From NCBI GenBank assembly GCA_030609665.1, contig JAUWBW010000001.1, forward strand, positions 1-27,228: 27,228 nucleotides of DNA, read 5' to 3'. Of this stretch, positions 26,735-27,228 are shown piece after piece. The DNA is from Methanosarcinaceae archaeon. Its GTDB lineage: Archaea; Halobacteriota; Methanosarcinia; Methanosarcinales; Methanosarcinaceae. Each line of letters starts with the position of its first letter. Within the stretch, counting starts at the first letter, position 1. Under the pieces are notes generated by a model. That model searched no databases and was not told where the DNA came from. It saw nothing but the letters and a program-made list of their open reading frames with translations. Made by a program: the position numbers and the translations under genes.

Positions 26735-26770
26735 GGCGTCCGATCCGGTCGCCAAACCTTTTTTTGTTTT
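26735..26770 (+). terminator. Hairpin plus T-tract after the PKD-containing frame
   Basis: GGCG-T-CCG-ATC-CGG-T-CGCC followed by T-rich runs. It lies between convergent genes. Confidence 0.5.
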
Positions 26771-26772
26771 TG

Positions 26773-27228
26773 TTATCGCTTTTTAAATTCCGCAACACCG
26801 CGCGCTACATTATTAAGCAGCTTCGCAGCGACCTCTTGAGATGGCCATGCACCCAGACCACAATCAGGCCCAACATACTTGATACGATCGCCAAACATTG
26901 AATACGCGTTCTCAAGCCGTTTTGTTACAACTTCAGGAGTTTCCATATCCGTAACGATCTCCAACAGGCGCGCAGGCTCTTTCCAGACATTGGTATTGTA
27001 CTTTTCATTGAGCACTGCCGCGAGGTTGAAGATATCCGTGCGCGCAACCCCGATACGCAGGAACGAATCCGAATCCTCCAATATCTTCCTGTCGATCAGG
27101 TCGAGATACGAAGGATTGGCTGCCGATTCCACTCCTATGACGCTGATGGTGGGAGTGTCGCATGCAAGTTTGTAGTGTAGGGGTGAGTGCAGGTGTATCT
27201 CAACATCCGCGCCGTGTTTGCTTGCCGA
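26773..27228 (-). CDS. Cobalamin-independent methionine synthase (MetE C-terminal/core-like), partial; continues beyond the window
   Basis: The frame is open to the window end: ...EIHLHSP...IGVES...IGV...ETPE...KRLE...VGPDCGLG. Confidence 0.8.
   Translation of the reverse strand, partial: SASKHGADVEIHLHSPLHYKLACDTPTISVIGVESAANPSYLDLIDRKILEDSDSFLRIGVARTDIFNLAAVLNEKYNTNVWKEPARLLEIVTDMETPEVVTKRLENAYSMFGDRIKYVGPDCGLGAWPSQEVAAKLLNNVARGVAEFKKR

Overview
This looks like an archaeal chromosomal window, probably Methanosarcinales-like. That is inferred from GGAGGTGA/GAGGTGA-type ribosome-binding sites, a tandem CBS-gene cluster, an Rnl3 RNA ligase, a SelB-like factor, a RAD55/KaiC ATPase, an AOR remnant and a group II intron remnant. 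From left to right: (1) An AT-rich accessory region with a metallophosphoesterase, a decayed IS91-like HUH transposase and a compact four-gene cassette of unknown function (58-aa RHH-like ORF, helical protein, divergent PyrE-like PRTase, membrane-anchored protein). (2) A minus-strand sugar-oxidation/redox cluster (disulfide oxidoreductase, glucose dehydrogenase, GH15 hydrolase, an unannotated 35-aa C2H2 zinc-finger microprotein, Gnd), with a convergent cyclase-family hydrolase and a 140-bp duplicated GH15 fragment. (3) A core-like block of five CBS genes, an RNA ligase, a SelB-like protein, a KaiC-like pair, hisG and a SpoIIM-family gene. (4) A decayed stretch in which a group II intron D5-D6 is fused to a transposase fragment and an AOR fragment. 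(5) An intact secreted S8 protease with three 270-bp Ig-like repeats, two 5'-truncated genes joined back to back (a coiled-coil gene and a second S8 paralogue), and the 3' part of a MetE-like gene. No rRNA, tRNA or CRISPR array was seen. All family calls come from motif recognition by eye; no database searches were run.
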